Source: Octopus bimaculoides (taxonomy: Eukaryota). From it: a DNA stretch of 33,083 nucleotides. Where the stretch lies: contig NC_069006.1 of NCBI RefSeq assembly GCF_001194135.2, forward strand, positions 23,324,709-23,357,791, in the 5' to 3' direction. Below are positions 32,840 through 33,083 of the stretch, in pieces. How positions within the stretch are numbered: the first letter of the stretch is position 1; each line of letters begins with the position of its first letter. The notes beneath the pieces are model-generated. The model was not told where the DNA came from, did no database searches, and saw only the letters and a list, made by a program, of their open reading frames with translations. Position numbers and translations under genes: made by a program.

Positions 32840-33083
32840 CTCAATAGATGATACACTTCACCTTTCACCAGTTTTCATTAAGACACACGCGCTCACGCAC
32901 CATACCTATTGGTAGAAGGTATCTTGGGTAGTGTCTAATCGAGGTGTTATTTCATTTGTACATATTACATACATACTAGTTAGGAATTTAGTTAGCGCGG
33001 TTTTGGGGCCTCGCAATGTCAGTATAATGAAGAAACGGAAAGAACGAATATACAGAAGAAGAAAAAATATATCTTTATATTTA

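Noticed and set aside
546-32915. About 150 ORFs in the supplied track
   Set aside because: They are translations of (TA)n, (TG)n, (CT)n or (CAC)n repeats, span N-gaps, or lie in recognisable repeats. None resembles an intact protein I recognise.

Overview
Repeat-dense, AT-rich eukaryotic non-coding DNA from a gapped draft assembly. It has 14 N-gaps, many abutting (TA)n, (CT)n or (CA)n runs. The SINE and RTE-type repeats resemble those I associate with octopus genomes; this is recall, not a database result. I see no intact protein-coding gene, since nearly all listed ORFs are microsatellite translations or span gaps. The window holds tRNA-headed SINEs of about three families, RTE-type LINE 3' ends, eroded reverse-transcriptase fragments, non-autonomous DNA transposons (hAT with an 8-bp TSD, Tc1/mariner-type, TTAA/piggyBac-like) and a 3'-truncated U6 snRNA copy. 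The most interesting signal is a set of minimal type I hammerhead ribozyme folds in several unrelated short elements, mostly next to (TA)n runs and/or an AATAAA, as in Penelope-like pLTRs. One is near-intact with a U4C core variant (12456-12501, minus strand), and two form a divergent inverted-repeat pair (5165-5391).
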